Origin: Candidatus Omnitrophica bacterium CG1_02_40_15
Lineage (GTDB): Bacteria; Omnitrophota; Gorgyraeia; Gorgyraeales; Gorgyraeaceae
Assembly: GCA_001871815.1 (NCBI GenBank)
Contig: MNVP01000085.1
Location: forward strand, 1-35,115
Direction of reading: 5' to 3'
Length of the DNA: 35,115 nt
Under the pieces are notes generated by a model that was given only the letters and a program-made list of their open reading frames with translations, did not search any database and had not been told where the DNA came from. How positions within the stretch are numbered: position 1 is the first letter of the stretch; each line of letters opens with the position of its first letter. Made by a program: the position numbers and the translations under genes. Below are positions 8,265-17,583 of this stretch, in pieces.

Positions 8265-9415
8265 AGAGGGGACATTTTCCTGAGTTTTTCTACTATAGGC
8301 GGGATTTCAACCAGGCAATAATCTACATCCTCTTCTTGGTTCTCGTAGCCAAAAGAAAATCTCACAGATGCCTGGGCCATATCAGGAGGAACGCCCATTG
8401 CTTGTAACACATGCGATGGTTCAAGGGACCCCGAAGTGCAGGCAGAGCCTGTTGAAGCACATATTCCTTTCATATCAAAATTCAACACCATTGATTCGCC
8501 TTCTACATACCTGAAACTAATATTCAATGTGTTTGAAAGCCGATTCTCAGGGTGTCCGTTAAGATATATCTCTTTTAAACTTTTATTTAGCCCTTCCCAC
8601 ATTTTTTTTGTAAGCTTTTTTAAATGAGAGTCATTCTTTTTCATATCCCTATGAGCTATCTCAACAGCTTTTGCAAAACCAACAATGCCAGGGACATTCT
8701 CTGTGCCTGCCCTTTTATTTCTTTCGTGATGGCCGCCATGTTGAAAAGGAGTTATCTTCACGCCTTTTCTAAGATACAGGGCGCCTATGCCTTTTGGCCC
8801 ATAAACCTTATGGCCTGAAAAAGAACAAAGGTCAATCCCAAGCTCTTCCACATCTATCGGCAGTTTACCCAGGACCTGAACGCTATCTGTATGAAAATAT
8901 ATTTTATTTTCGGCCGCTATTTTAGCAATCTCTTTTATAGGCTGTATAGCGCCAGTCTCATTATTTGCAAACATAATAGATATAAGAACCGTATCCTTTC
9001 TTATGGCATCTTTTAATTTATTAAGGTCTACTATGCCCTGCTTATCTACAGGGAGATATGTGACATCAAAGCCTAATTCTTTTTCTATAAATCTGCATGG
9101 CTCTAAAATTGCCAGATGTTCTATGCTGGATGTTATTACATGCCTTCCTTTATTTAGATTCGCCATTGCAATGCCTTTTATGGCAAAATTATTTGCTTCT
9201 GTGCCGCCCGAAGTAAATATAATATCAGTGGCCTCTGTGCCTAGCGCATCCCCTATCACTTCTCTTGCCTCATCTATTGCATGCCTCGCTTTCTGGCCCA
9301 TGGAATACACGCTTGAGGCATTTCCATAATCTTGTGTAAAATACGGCATCATTGCTTCTAATACTTCTTTGCGAACAGGTGTCGTGGCATTATGGTCAAG
9401 ATATATTTGTTTCAT
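8258..9415 (-). CDS. iscS: Cysteine desulfurase (NifS/IscS type)
   Basis: YLDHNATTP, TSGGTEANN, SGHKVYGPKG, STGSACTSG. Confidence 0.92.
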   Translation of the reverse strand: MKQIYLDHNATTPVRKEVLEAMMPYFTQDYGNASSVYSMGQKARHAIDEAREVIGDALGTEATDIIFTSGGTEANNFAIKGIAMANLNKGRHVITSSIEHLAILEPCRFIEKELGFDVTYLPVDKQGIVDLNKLKDAIRKDTVLISIMFANNETGAIQPIKEIAKIAAENKIYFHTDSVQVLGKLPIDVEELGIDLCSFSGHKVYGPKGIGALYLRKGVKITPFQHGGHHERNKRAGTENVPGIVGFAKAVEIAHRDMKKNDSHLKKLTKKMWEGLNKSLKEIYLNGHPENRLSNTLNISFRYVEGESMVLNFDMKGICASTGSACTSGSLEPSHVLQAMGVPPDMAQASVRFSFGYENQEEDVDYCLVEIPPIVEKLRKMSPLC

Positions 9416-9430
9416 ATTTTGCTCCTCCTT

Positions 9431-10963
9431 CTATCCGATTCGAGGGAACAACGGCGTTCCCTTGTTAATCTTCGTGCCTGGTTTCAATAAACCCCATTTT
9501 AAATCGCTGAAATTCCTCTTTTCTGTATTCTCAAGGCCAAGCTGCCCTGCTATCTTAACGGATGTATCCGGCATGAACGGCATCAATGCTACTGACACCA
9601 TCCTCAAGATTTCGCAAAGGTCGTACATCATATCTTTTAAATCATCCTGCTTATCTTCCTTTGATAGTTTCCACGGCGCTTTCTGCTCTATGAATTTATT
9701 TGCCATATTTATTAGGTCCCATATGCTGTTTAGGCCATAGCTGAAATCTATGCTATCCATGCCTTTTTTGATTTCAGAATCAAGGCCGCAAGCTTTATCA
9801 ATAAGCGCCTTAGTAATTTCGCCGGAATACTTTAAATCCCTTCTTTTAGGCACAAACCCAGCGAAATATTTTTCTACCATTGTCAAAGTCCTGTGCAAAA
9901 GATTGCCCAGGTCATTTGCGAGATCGCTATTAATCCTAGCGATCAGCGCTTCTTCTGAAAACGACCCATCTACGCCAAACTGCGCCTCTTTTAGAAGGAA
10001 GAATCTATAAGCATCCACGCCGAACATGGAAACCATATCTCTAGGGTCTACAACATTGCCTTTTGACTTGGACATCTTGTCTCCACCCACCTTCCACCAT
10101 CCATGGGCAAACACTGTCATGGGCGGCTCCAGGCCTATTGCATGAAGCATTATGGGCCAGTAAACAGTATGCGGCCTAAGAATATCTTTACCTATCATAT
10201 GCATATCAGCTGGCCAGAATTTTTTAAATTTTCCAGGATTATCTTTATAACCGCAAACGCTTATATAATTTATCAGGGCGTCAAACCATACATATGTAAC
10301 ATGATCTTTGCTGAACGGGATATCAATGCCCCATGAAAGCCTTGAGGCCGGCCTGGATATGCACAGATCGTTCAAAGGATTTTTAAGAAAACTCAGCATC
10401 TCGTTTTTCCTTATAGCAGGTTTTATAAAATCCTCATGCGAATTTATATAATCTATAAGCCAGTTCTGGTACTTGGAAAGCCTGAAAAAGAAATTCTTTT
10501 CTTTTATCTCTTCTACCTTGCGCTTGCAATCAGGGCATAGATCATCTGCTAACTGGGCCTTTGTCCAGAAACTTTCGCATGGCGTGCAATACCAGCCGCT
10601 GTATTCGCCTCCATAAAGATCCCCCTTTTTGTAAAGTATATTAAGGATATCCTTTACTACATCTTCGTGCCTTTTTTCCGTAGTGCGGATAAAATCATCA
10701 TAGGATATATCCAATCTTTTCCAGAGGTCTTTAAATATAGGCACAACGCTGTCCACAAATGCCTTGGGCTCCATGGCTTTTGATTCAGCTACATCTTTTA
10801 TCTTCTGGCCATGCTCATCAGTGCCTGTAGTAAATAAAACTTCATAGCCCATAAGCCGTTTATATCTTGCAAGGGTATCGCAGGCTATGTTTGTATAAGA
10901 ATGCCCTATGTGAGGCGTGCTATTTACATAATATAATGGCGTAGTAATGTAAAATTTATCCAT
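9431..10963 (-). CDS. metG: Methionine--tRNA ligase (short form, no C-terminal OB domain)
   Basis: YITTPLYY, HIGH, GTDEHG, YVWFDAL, KMSKS; ends LFPRI. Confidence 0.97.
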   Translation of the reverse strand: MDKFYITTPLYYVNSTPHIGHSYTNIACDTLARYKRLMGYEVLFTTGTDEHGQKIKDVAESKAMEPKAFVDSVVPIFKDLWKRLDISYDDFIRTTEKRHEDVVKDILNILYKKGDLYGGEYSGWYCTPCESFWTKAQLADDLCPDCKRKVEEIKEKNFFFRLSKYQNWLIDYINSHEDFIKPAIRKNEMLSFLKNPLNDLCISRPASRLSWGIDIPFSKDHVTYVWFDALINYISVCGYKDNPGKFKKFWPADMHMIGKDILRPHTVYWPIMLHAIGLEPPMTVFAHGWWKVGGDKMSKSKGNVVDPRDMVSMFGVDAYRFFLLKEAQFGVDGSFSEEALIARINSDLANDLGNLLHRTLTMVEKYFAGFVPKRRDLKYSGEITKALIDKACGLDSEIKKGMDSIDFSYGLNSIWDLINMANKFIEQKAPWKLSKEDKQDDLKDMMYDLCEILRMVSVALMPFMPDTSVKIAGQLGLENTEKRNFSDLKWGLLKPGTKINKGTPLFPRIG

Positions 10964-10971
10964 TTCTTTGG

Positions 10972-11019
10972 CAAGACCAGGTCTTGGTCACAGTTTACTG
11001 TGCTCAAGACCTGGTCTTG
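10972..11019. repeat. Palindrome of palindromes between PSP1 gene and metG
   Basis: CAAGACCAGGTCTTG-gt-CACAG-ttta-CTGTG-ct-CAAGACCTGGTCTTG. Each 15-mer is a self-hairpin and the two are mutually complementary. Confidence 0.85.
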
Positions 11020-11022
11020 ATC

Positions 11023-11808
11023 TCACTTGTTGTAATCTAGTTCTATATGTTTTCCTTCTTCTAATTCAATGGTAACCTTTCGCTTCAATGCATTTACGCT
11101 TATGACCTTGCCTTTGCCTTCAGGTAAAGTTATTTTTTCGCCTTCTCTCGGCAGGCCTTTCAAATATTTCTTATAATTTTCATATTCGTAAGAGAGGCAG
11201 CACATGAGCCTGCCGCATACGCCAGAAATCTTAGTGGGGTTCAGAGACAGATTCTGTTCCTTTGCCATTCTGATGGTCACTGCGTCAAAACCTTTCAAAA
11301 AACTGGCGCAGCAGAGAGGCCTTCCGCAATGCCCGAATCCCCCAAGCATCCTTGCCTCGTCTCTCACGCCTATTTGTTTCAGCTCTATCCTGACTTTGAA
11401 GATATGCGCAAGGTCTTTTACCAGCTCCCTGAAATCAACCCTGTCCTCAGAAATGAAATAAAAAATAAGCTTTGTTCCATCAAATGAATACTCGGCGTCG
11501 ATAAGTTTCATATCCAGCTTCCGTTCCTGTATTTTTTTAACGCATATCTGGAACGCGTCTTTAGTGCGCTTTTTATTTCCCATTATCTGATTTATATCTT
11601 CCTGAGTAGCGACGCGTATAATCTTTTTTAAAGGCTTCTTAAGCTCTTCATCGGGAACCTTTTCAGGCATACTTATAACCTGCGCATAGTCCTGGCCTCT
11701 TTCAGCGTCTATTATCACATAATCGCCTACCTTGGCTTCCAGGCCATTCGCATCATACAAGGCTATATTGCCTGATTCCCTTATCCTCAATTCTATAATT
11801 CCATGCAT
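11023..11808 (-). CDS. ricT: PSP1-domain protein (YaaT/RicT family)
   Basis: RVDFRELVKDL, QIGVRDEA, CGRPLCC, ISGVCGRLMCCL; located between holB and metG. ATG 11808 with SD preferred over 11838. Confidence 0.9.
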   Translation of the reverse strand: MHGIIELRIRESGNIALYDANGLEAKVGDYVIIDAERGQDYAQVISMPEKVPDEELKKPLKKIIRVATQEDINQIMGNKKRTKDAFQICVKKIQERKLDMKLIDAEYSFDGTKLIFYFISEDRVDFRELVKDLAHIFKVRIELKQIGVRDEARMLGGFGHCGRPLCCASFLKGFDAVTIRMAKEQNLSLNPTKISGVCGRLMCCLSYEYENYKKYLKGLPREGEKITLPEGKGKVISVNALKRKVTIELEEGKHIELDYNK

Positions 11809-11823
11809 ATCTATTGCCTTTCT

Positions 11824-11963
11824 AACTGAAACCACCAATGCATTTTAACATATCGAGAGTGGTTTCAGTTACCCCGAGCAAGCGAAGCGCGTCGAGGGGT
11901 TACCCTTCGACTACGCTCAGGGTAAATGCGCCATATGTTAAAGTGCAATTGTGGGCGCATTTA
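11824..11963. repeat. Composite of four hairpins including a tandem-GA doublet
   Basis: AACTGAAACCAC/GTGGTTTCAGTT; ACCC-CGAG-CAAGCGAAGCGCGT-CGAG-GGGT; TTACCC-TTCG-ACTACG-CTCA-GGGTAA; TAAATGCGCC/GGCGCATTTA spanning the holB stop. Confidence 0.85.
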
Positions 11964-12921
11964 ACTCAAGCGCCATATTGAAAAGCGCCATCTTTGGGTT
12001 TATATTTCTCCTTACATAATTTATAGTATTCATGACACTGGAGATATCCCTCCCTAGCTTATCTGCGGAAAACCTGGCAGAATAAGAAAATATCTCCTCC
12101 ATCCTGTCCACATTCAGAAAAAGGGCTTCCTCTTCTGTAAATTTTGCCACAAGTAAATCCCTGTACCAGAATAAAAGCATCTGGAGAGATTCTTCCATGT
12201 CAGAGTATTTTTTATCATCGCAAACTTCTTCCCTAAAGATGGCCCTCTTTCTGAAGAAAAAATCATTCAACATTCTGTCCCTTTCTCTGATCCTATCCTT
12301 ATCTTTAAAGGCTATGGCCCTGCCATGGCTTCCAAGCGCCATATGCGAAAATAAGACAGCTTCACTTTCATTAAAACCATGCCTTTTAATGAGAAGCTCC
12401 TGAATCTGAGCCTGCCCTAAAAGATTGAATTTCACTGCCTTACACCTGGAAATAACAGTCGGCAAAATTCCGGAAACGGCCGAAGTAGTCAATATAAATA
12501 CCTGGTTTTCGCGAGGCTCTTCCAGAATCTTTAAAAGGGCATTCTGGGATTCTTCATTCATGTCCTCTGCTTCAGTTATTATAAAAATCTTTTTCCTGGC
12601 TTCATACGGTTTCAGGCTCGCCTGATAAATTATATCCCTTATTCTATCTATCTTAATGAAACTGGATTCTTTTTCTTTCTGGATAACAAAGAGATCCGGA
12701 TGGTTCAAAGATTTTATTTTTCTGCACGAAATACATTCTTCGCACGCATCCAACCCTTTCTTTTCGCAATTAATAGCCTTGGCAAATTCTATGCTTACAG
12801 CCTGTTTTCCAACGCCCATGGGGCCGACAAAAAGATATGAACCATTAACCTCATCTTTTCTTATCATGCCCTGCAATAATCTTATTGCCCTGTCTTGGCC
12901 TACAATATTTTTTAATGACAT
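11938..12921 (-). CDS. holB: DNA polymerase III delta' subunit
   Basis: GPMGVGK, CEECISC, HPD, NALLKILEEP, LPTVISRC; downstream of tmk. Confidence 0.93.
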   Translation of the reverse strand: MSLKNIVGQDRAIRLLQGMIRKDEVNGSYLFVGPMGVGKQAVSIEFAKAINCEKKGLDACEECISCRKIKSLNHPDLFVIQKEKESSFIKIDRIRDIIYQASLKPYEARKKIFIITEAEDMNEESQNALLKILEEPRENQVFILTTSAVSGILPTVISRCKAVKFNLLGQAQIQELLIKRHGFNESEAVLFSHMALGSHGRAIAFKDKDRIRERDRMLNDFFFRKRAIFREEVCDDKKYSDMEESLQMLLFWYRDLLVAKFTEEEALFLNVDRMEEIFSYSARFSADKLGRDISSVMNTINYVRRNINPKMALFNMALELNAPTIAL

Positions 12922-13532
12922 ATTTTTAAAGCAGCTTTTCTTATTTCTTTTTGTACCTGTCCTATTTCGCCGGTTGAAGACAAAACTTTTACTCTTTTGG
13001 GCTCTTTTTTTGCAATAGAAAGATAACCGTTTCTTACCTTATTGTGATAGAGAATTGATTTGCGCTCCATCCTGTCTTTGGACCTGCCAGCCCTTAAAAG
13101 CCCTTGCTTGGCGTCTATATCAAGTAAAAAGGTTATGTCAGGCTTCAAGCCTTTTGTAACAATGCTTGTTATGTTATCTATAACCTTCAGATCCATACCT
13201 CCGGCATATCCCTGGTAAGCAAGAGTGGCGTCGGTAAATCTATCGCATATGACAATCTTCTTTTGTCCAAGGCTAGGCAAAATCTTTTGTTTTACTATCT
13301 GCGCTCTGGCTGCCATATATAAGAGCATCTCACAGCCTACATCCATGCCTTTATTCTTTGGGTCCAATAGGATATTGCGTATCTTTTCGTTGATCAGAGT
13401 GCCGCCTGGTTCGCGCGTATGTAAAACTTTAAAGCCCTTTTTACGCAAAAACCCGCACAACAGTTTAGAATGCGTTGTCTTTCCGCTTCCTTCCGGGCCT
13501 TCGAATGTTATGAATAATCCGCGTTTTAGCAT
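12912..13532 (-). CDS. tmk: Thymidylate kinase
   Basis: FITFEGPEGSGKTT, TREPGG, DRF, AYQG. ATG 13532 preferred; the track start at 13565 lies inside a hairpin. Confidence 0.96.
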   Translation of the reverse strand: MLKRGLFITFEGPEGSGKTTHSKLLCGFLRKKGFKVLHTREPGGTLINEKIRNILLDPKNKGMDVGCEMLLYMAARAQIVKQKILPSLGQKKIVICDRFTDATLAYQGYAGGMDLKVIDNITSIVTKGLKPDITFLLDIDAKQGLLRAGRSKDRMERKSILYHNKVRNGYLSIAKKEPKRVKVLSSTGEIGQVQKEIRKAALKICH

Positions 13533-13542
13533 AATATCTGAT

Positions 13543-13723
13543 TTTGTGCTGGGGCCATTCGGCACAGAGATGGTTTCGCCGTGCGCTACGGTTTACGGTT
13601 CGTTTTTTATACTGTAGGTAGCCTTGACAGTATAAAAAACTTCGCCGTAACCCCTTGCGCACCTATATTTAAAGAATCCATTATGCCGAAACCTCTCAAA
13701 TGTGCCTCAGGCCCCAGCGCAAA
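13543..13723. repeat. 181-bp nested imperfect inverted repeat between cysS and tmk
   Basis: Nested stems: TTTGTGCTGGGGCC/GGCCCCAGCGCAAA, TTCG-GCACA/TGTGC-CTCA, GGTTTCG/CGAAACC, GTGCGC/GCGCAC, TTACGG/CCGTAA, TTTTTTATACTGT/ACAGTATAAAAAA. Confidence 0.85.
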
Positions 13724-13725
13724 GC

Positions 13726-15132
13726 CTATCTCCTTCTCCATGTTGTTCCATTTTTTGTATCTTCTAAGATAATCCCTTTTTCTTCTAATTCTTTTCTGAT
13801 CCTGTCAGCCTCTTTAAAATCTCTATTTTTCCTAGCCATATTTCTTGAATTAATCATATTTTCTATTTCTACTTCCTTCGACGAATCTATGCCGCTAACC
13901 TTTTGCTCAAACAAACCAAACACATTGCCCAACTCCATCAAAACATCTTTTGCATTATTTAAATCTATTTCTGTAAAATTTTTGTTAATATACGTAACTA
14001 AATCGAACAGCGCTGCAAGCGCTTCGGGCATATTAAAATTATCATCCATTGCTTCTTCAAATTTTTTGCGAAATTCTCCTATTTCTTTTTTATTTGTCTC
14101 TTTTAACTTTTCACCTTTAACCTTAAACCTTAAACCATCTATTTTCTGTAAAAGTATACTAAACCTCTCCCACGCCTTTTTTACCTCATCCATCTTTTCC
14201 CACGAAAAATCAACTGGATGCGAATAGTGCGTTTGCAAAAATAATATTTTAAGGGCATCGGCAGGATATTTTGCCAAAATATCCTCAATAGCAATAAAAT
14301 TCCCCAGACTTTTGGCCATCTTTTCTTTATTAATAGTCAAAAGGCCGTTATGTATCCAATAACGGGCAAATTTCTTTCCTGCGCCTTCTGACTGGGCTAC
14401 CTCATTTTCGTGATGCGGAAAAACAAGGTCTATCCCGCCTCCATGTATGTCAAATTCATCCCCTAAAATATCAGAGCTCATAACAGAACATTCTATATGC
14501 CAGCCAGGCCTGCCATTTCCCCAAGGGCTAGGCCATGAGGGTTCATCTGGTTTTACTGATTTCCATAAAGCAAAATCTAGAGGGTCAATTTTATTTTCTC
14601 CCTGGATAACCCTTGCGCCTGATCCCAGCATTTCAAAACTTTGATTGGACAATTTCCCATAACCATTGGCTTTCCGCACATTAAAATATACATCGCCGGC
14701 CGATGCATAAGCCACTCCGGCCTGTATCAATATTTTTATAAAATTTTCCATCTCCTCTATATATTCTGTGGCCTTTGGCTCTTTATCAGGCTGCATAATG
14801 CCAAGCTTTTCCATGTATTCATGATAAATTTTAAGATATTTATCTGAAATATCCTTTACTGCGATATTTAAATCTTCCCCTTTAAATTCCTCTTTTGCCT
14901 TATTGATTATTTTATCGTCAACATCTGTAACATTTCTGACAAACTTAACTTTATAATCTTTATATATAAAATAACGGCGGATAACATCGAATGCGTAAGC
15001 GCTCCTTGCATGGCCTATATGAGGCGCATCATAAACAGTAGGCCCGCATACATATATCCCAACATTGCCTTCTTTTAGAGGCTTAAATTCTTCTTTTTTT
15101 CTTGTAAGGGTATTGTATATTTTTAAGCTCAT
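13726..15132 (-). CDS. cysS: Cysteine--tRNA ligase
   Basis: YVCGPTVYD, HIGH, GRPGWHIECS, HGGGIDLVFPHHENE, KMAKS. ATG 15132 overlaps the ispF stop. Confidence 0.97.
   Translation of the reverse strand: MSLKIYNTLTRKKEEFKPLKEGNVGIYVCGPTVYDAPHIGHARSAYAFDVIRRYFIYKDYKVKFVRNVTDVDDKIINKAKEEFKGEDLNIAVKDISDKYLKIYHEYMEKLGIMQPDKEPKATEYIEEMENFIKILIQAGVAYASAGDVYFNVRKANGYGKLSNQSFEMLGSGARVIQGENKIDPLDFALWKSVKPDEPSWPSPWGNGRPGWHIECSVMSSDILGDEFDIHGGGIDLVFPHHENEVAQSEGAGKKFARYWIHNGLLTINKEKMAKSLGNFIAIEDILAKYPADALKILFLQTHYSHPVDFSWEKMDEVKKAWERFSILLQKIDGLRFKVKGEKLKETNKKEIGEFRKKFEEAMDDNFNMPEALAALFDLVTYINKNFTEIDLNNAKDVLMELGNVFGLFEQKVSGIDSSKEVEIENMINSRNMARKNRDFKEADRIRKELEEKGIILEDTKNGTTWRRR
14103..14137. repeat. Degenerate heptamer array inside cysS
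   Basis: ttaactt ttcacct ttaacct taaacct taaacca (5x7 nt), read as GLRFKVKGEKLK. Confidence 0.65.
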
Positions 15133-15599
15133 GCTGTTAAACACGCAATCGCGTATGCCGCAAGCGCTTCGCCTCTTCCGATTGCTCCAATGCCTTCCTG
15201 CGTTGTAGCCTTTACGCTTACGCTATCCATAGCTATGCCTAGCGTTGCTGATATTTCTCTTCTCATTCTGTCTTTGAAAGGCGCTATCTTCGGCTCTTCC
15301 AGTATAATCACAGAATCCACGTATTCCACCTTGAAGCCTTTTTTCTGTATCTTTTTTGAAACCTCTTTTAAAAGTTCTGCGCTGGATATATTCAGGTACC
15401 TGTCATCATTCACTGGAAATTGATGGCCTATATCATCCATGCCTCCTGCCCCTAAAATCGCATCGCATATTGCATGAAGAAGCGCATCTCCGTCAGAATG
15501 GCCTTCCAGGCCTTTTATATGAGGGATTTCAACGCCTCCCAGCATAAGAGGTTTTCCTTCTACGAACCTGTGAATGTCATAACCAATGCCAACTCGCAT
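15129..15599 (-). CDS. ispF: 2-C-methyl-D-erythritol 2,4-cyclodiphosphate synthase
   Basis: MRVGIGYDIH, GHSDGD, HAICDA, DIG, KATT. Confidence 0.96.
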   Translation of the reverse strand: MRVGIGYDIHRFVEGKPLMLGGVEIPHIKGLEGHSDGDALLHAICDAILGAGGMDDIGHQFPVNDDRYLNISSAELLKEVSKKIQKKGFKVEYVDSVIILEEPKIAPFKDRMRREISATLGIAMDSVSVKATTQEGIGAIGRGEALAAYAIACLTA

Positions 15600-15626
15600 A
15601 TGTACCTCCACTAGAACAGCATGTTA

Positions 15627-15710
15627 TAGCGAATAGCGTATAGCGGATAGCGGATAGGTCTTTTTGCATGGAATTTTTTCTATACGCTATCCGCTCTACG
15701 CTAAACGCTA
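15627..15710. repeat. Family A heptamer-array hairpin with 22-nt spacer
   Basis: tagcgaa tagcgta tagcgga tagcgga tag-GTCTTTTTGCATGGAATTTTTT-cta tacgcta tccgctc tacgcta aacgcta. Supplies the ispD end (SV*). Confidence 0.9.
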
Positions 15711-16405
15711 TAACACTTATTTCTTCTTTTTTCAATAAGTATCTTTGCTAACTCTAAATCTTCTCTTGTCGTAATTTTTATATTGCTGTAAGAACCCATT
15801 ACAATCTTTGGTTTCACCCCGATTCTTTCTACAAGGCTAGAATCATCTGTTGCAATAATTTTTTTCTTCCTGGCAATTTTATACGCCTTTTCTATCAGAT
15901 CCTTTTTGAAAACCTGAGGCGTCTGAGCTTCCCAAAAATATTTCCTTAAAGGGGTATTTTTGATAAAACCATCTTTGCCTACAAATTTCAAAGTAGGCTT
16001 CACAGGAACAGCTGCTACCGCAGCCCTGAACATGGACGCCTCTCTTAATAACGTTTCGATAAGTTCATTTGTAATAAAAGGCCTTATGCCGTCATGGATT
16101 AAAACATAATCTATATTTCCTGAAACAGCCCTTAGCGCGTTGTAAACAGAATCGCTGCGTTCCTTGCCTCCGATCACAAGCCTTGCCTTTTTAATATTAT
16201 ACTTCTCGATTATTTCTTTCCGGGCTTTATTTAATTTATCTTTTCCTACGCTGACCCATATCTCGGCTATATCTTTGTTTTTGGAAAGCGCTATTAAGGT
16301 GCGAGCAAGTATGGGTTTATCGCCAAGAGTTATGTAAGGTTTTTGTATCCTTGATCTTAATCTGGCGCCTGTACCTGCGCTCGGGACAATAGCTGCTACT
16401 CTCAT
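15701..16405 (-). CDS. ispD: 2-C-methyl-D-erythritol 4-phosphate cytidylyltransferase
   Basis: AGTGARL, GGKERSDSV, HDGIRP, QTPQVF, TDD, NIKITT. Confidence 0.95.
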   Translation of the reverse strand: MRVAAIVPSAGTGARLRSRIQKPYITLGDKPILARTLIALSKNKDIAEIWVSVGKDKLNKARKEIIEKYNIKKARLVIGGKERSDSVYNALRAVSGNIDYVLIHDGIRPFITNELIETLLREASMFRAAVAAVPVKPTLKFVGKDGFIKNTPLRKYFWEAQTPQVFKKDLIEKAYKIARKKKIIATDDSSLVERIGVKPKIVMGSYSNIKITTREDLELAKILIEKRRNKCYSV

Positions 16406-16414
16406 AAATTCAAA

Positions 16415-16475
16415 AAGCTATAAGCCGTAAGCTATAAGTTTTAAGCTTAAAACTTATAGCTTATAACTTAAAGCT
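16415..16475. repeat. Family A' heptamer-array palindrome (AAGCTNT type)
   Basis: aagctat aagccgt aagctat aagtttt aagctt aaaactt atagctt ataactt aaagct. 16428-16463 is a perfect 36-bp palindrome. Confidence 0.88.
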
Positions 16476-16490
16476 AAATTTTTTGACTTT

Positions 16491-17504
16491 TTACTTCCTT
16501 GCGTTTTCCAAAAGTTTTGCAAAAATCATCCTGCCTGCTGCTGTCTGAAGCACGCTGCCTACAACCACATTCACGTTTTGGCCTATTAATCTCCTGCCGT
16601 TATCCACGACTATCATTGTCCCATCTTCCAGATACCCAACTCCCTGATTATACTCCTTGCCTTCTTTAATAAGCCTTGTTTCAAGCATCTCCCCTGGCAA
16701 AACCACAGGCCTCAAGGCATTGCTAAGTTCATTTATATTCAATACCCTTATGCCCTGTATCTCTGAAACCTTATTCAGATTATAATCATTGGTAAATATT
16801 TTTGCGTCAAGCACCTTGGCCAGTTTTACGAGTTTCAGGTCAACCTCTTTTATATCCGCAAAATCTTCATTGTGTATTTTAATATCGATATTTTGGCTCT
16901 TCTGAAGTTTCCCAAGTATATCTAGGCCTCTTCTCCCCCGCTCGCGTTTCAGGGAATCAGAAGAGTCGGCTATCTGCTGCAATTCCTTTAACACAAAACG
17001 CGGCACTATAAATTTTCCGTCTAAGAAACCTGTTTTACACACATCAGCAATTCTGCCGTCTATGATAACGCTTGTATCCAAAAGTATCATTTCATCCTTC
17101 TGATCCTGCCTTGAAAATTTAACATAGGGCACTATTATATTAAATTCATCCCTGCCGCGCATTGCCATGATCATGCCAAGATAACAGAATATAAGCGTAA
17201 GGATAACGCGCAGAGAATACACCAGATTCTTGTCCATAGAAATAAGCGCCATGGTATCAGATACCAGTTTCGCCATTATAAGCCCGAACAATAACCCGAA
17301 AACAGCTGACGAAAGGCCTCTTACAGACACCTTTCTCATGGTAAATTCAAAAATAATTATGAGTACAGCTGCTAAAAAACCTATCGAAGCGCCCAATACG
17401 CTGAAATCAGAAGAACCTATCTGCGCAAACGACCCTACCTGAAAGCCTATTATCATGCTAAGTATCACAAAAAATATCCGTATAAATATTAAGGTCATAT
17501 ACAA
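16491..17504 (-). CDS. Membrane PIN/TRAM-domain protein (YacL family)
   Basis: Four N-terminal TMs, LDTSVIIDGRI, RGRRGLDIL, TNDYNLNKV, GYLEDGTM, QTAAGRMIF; upstream of ispD. Confidence 0.92.
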   Translation of the reverse strand: MYMTLIFIRIFFVILSMIIGFQVGSFAQIGSSDFSVLGASIGFLAAVLIIIFEFTMRKVSVRGLSSAVFGLLFGLIMAKLVSDTMALISMDKNLVYSLRVILTLIFCYLGMIMAMRGRDEFNIIVPYVKFSRQDQKDEMILLDTSVIIDGRIADVCKTGFLDGKFIVPRFVLKELQQIADSSDSLKRERGRRGLDILGKLQKSQNIDIKIHNEDFADIKEVDLKLVKLAKVLDAKIFTNDYNLNKVSEIQGIRVLNINELSNALRPVVLPGEMLETRLIKEGKEYNQGVGYLEDGTMIVVDNGRRLIGQNVNVVVGSVLQTAAGRMIFAKLLENARK

Positions 17505-17525
17505 AGCTCCCTTCTATGGTATAAC

Positions 17526-17578
17526 AGCTGGAAGTTTTAAGCTGTAAGCTTTAAGCTTATGGCTTATAACTTAAAGCT
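17526..17578. repeat. Family A' heptamer-array palindrome, second copy
   Basis: agctgg aagtttt aagctgt aagcttt aagctt atggctt ataactt aaagct; same AAGCTT centre and ataactt aaagct tail as the first copy. Confidence 0.85.
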
Positions 17579-17583
17579 GATTT

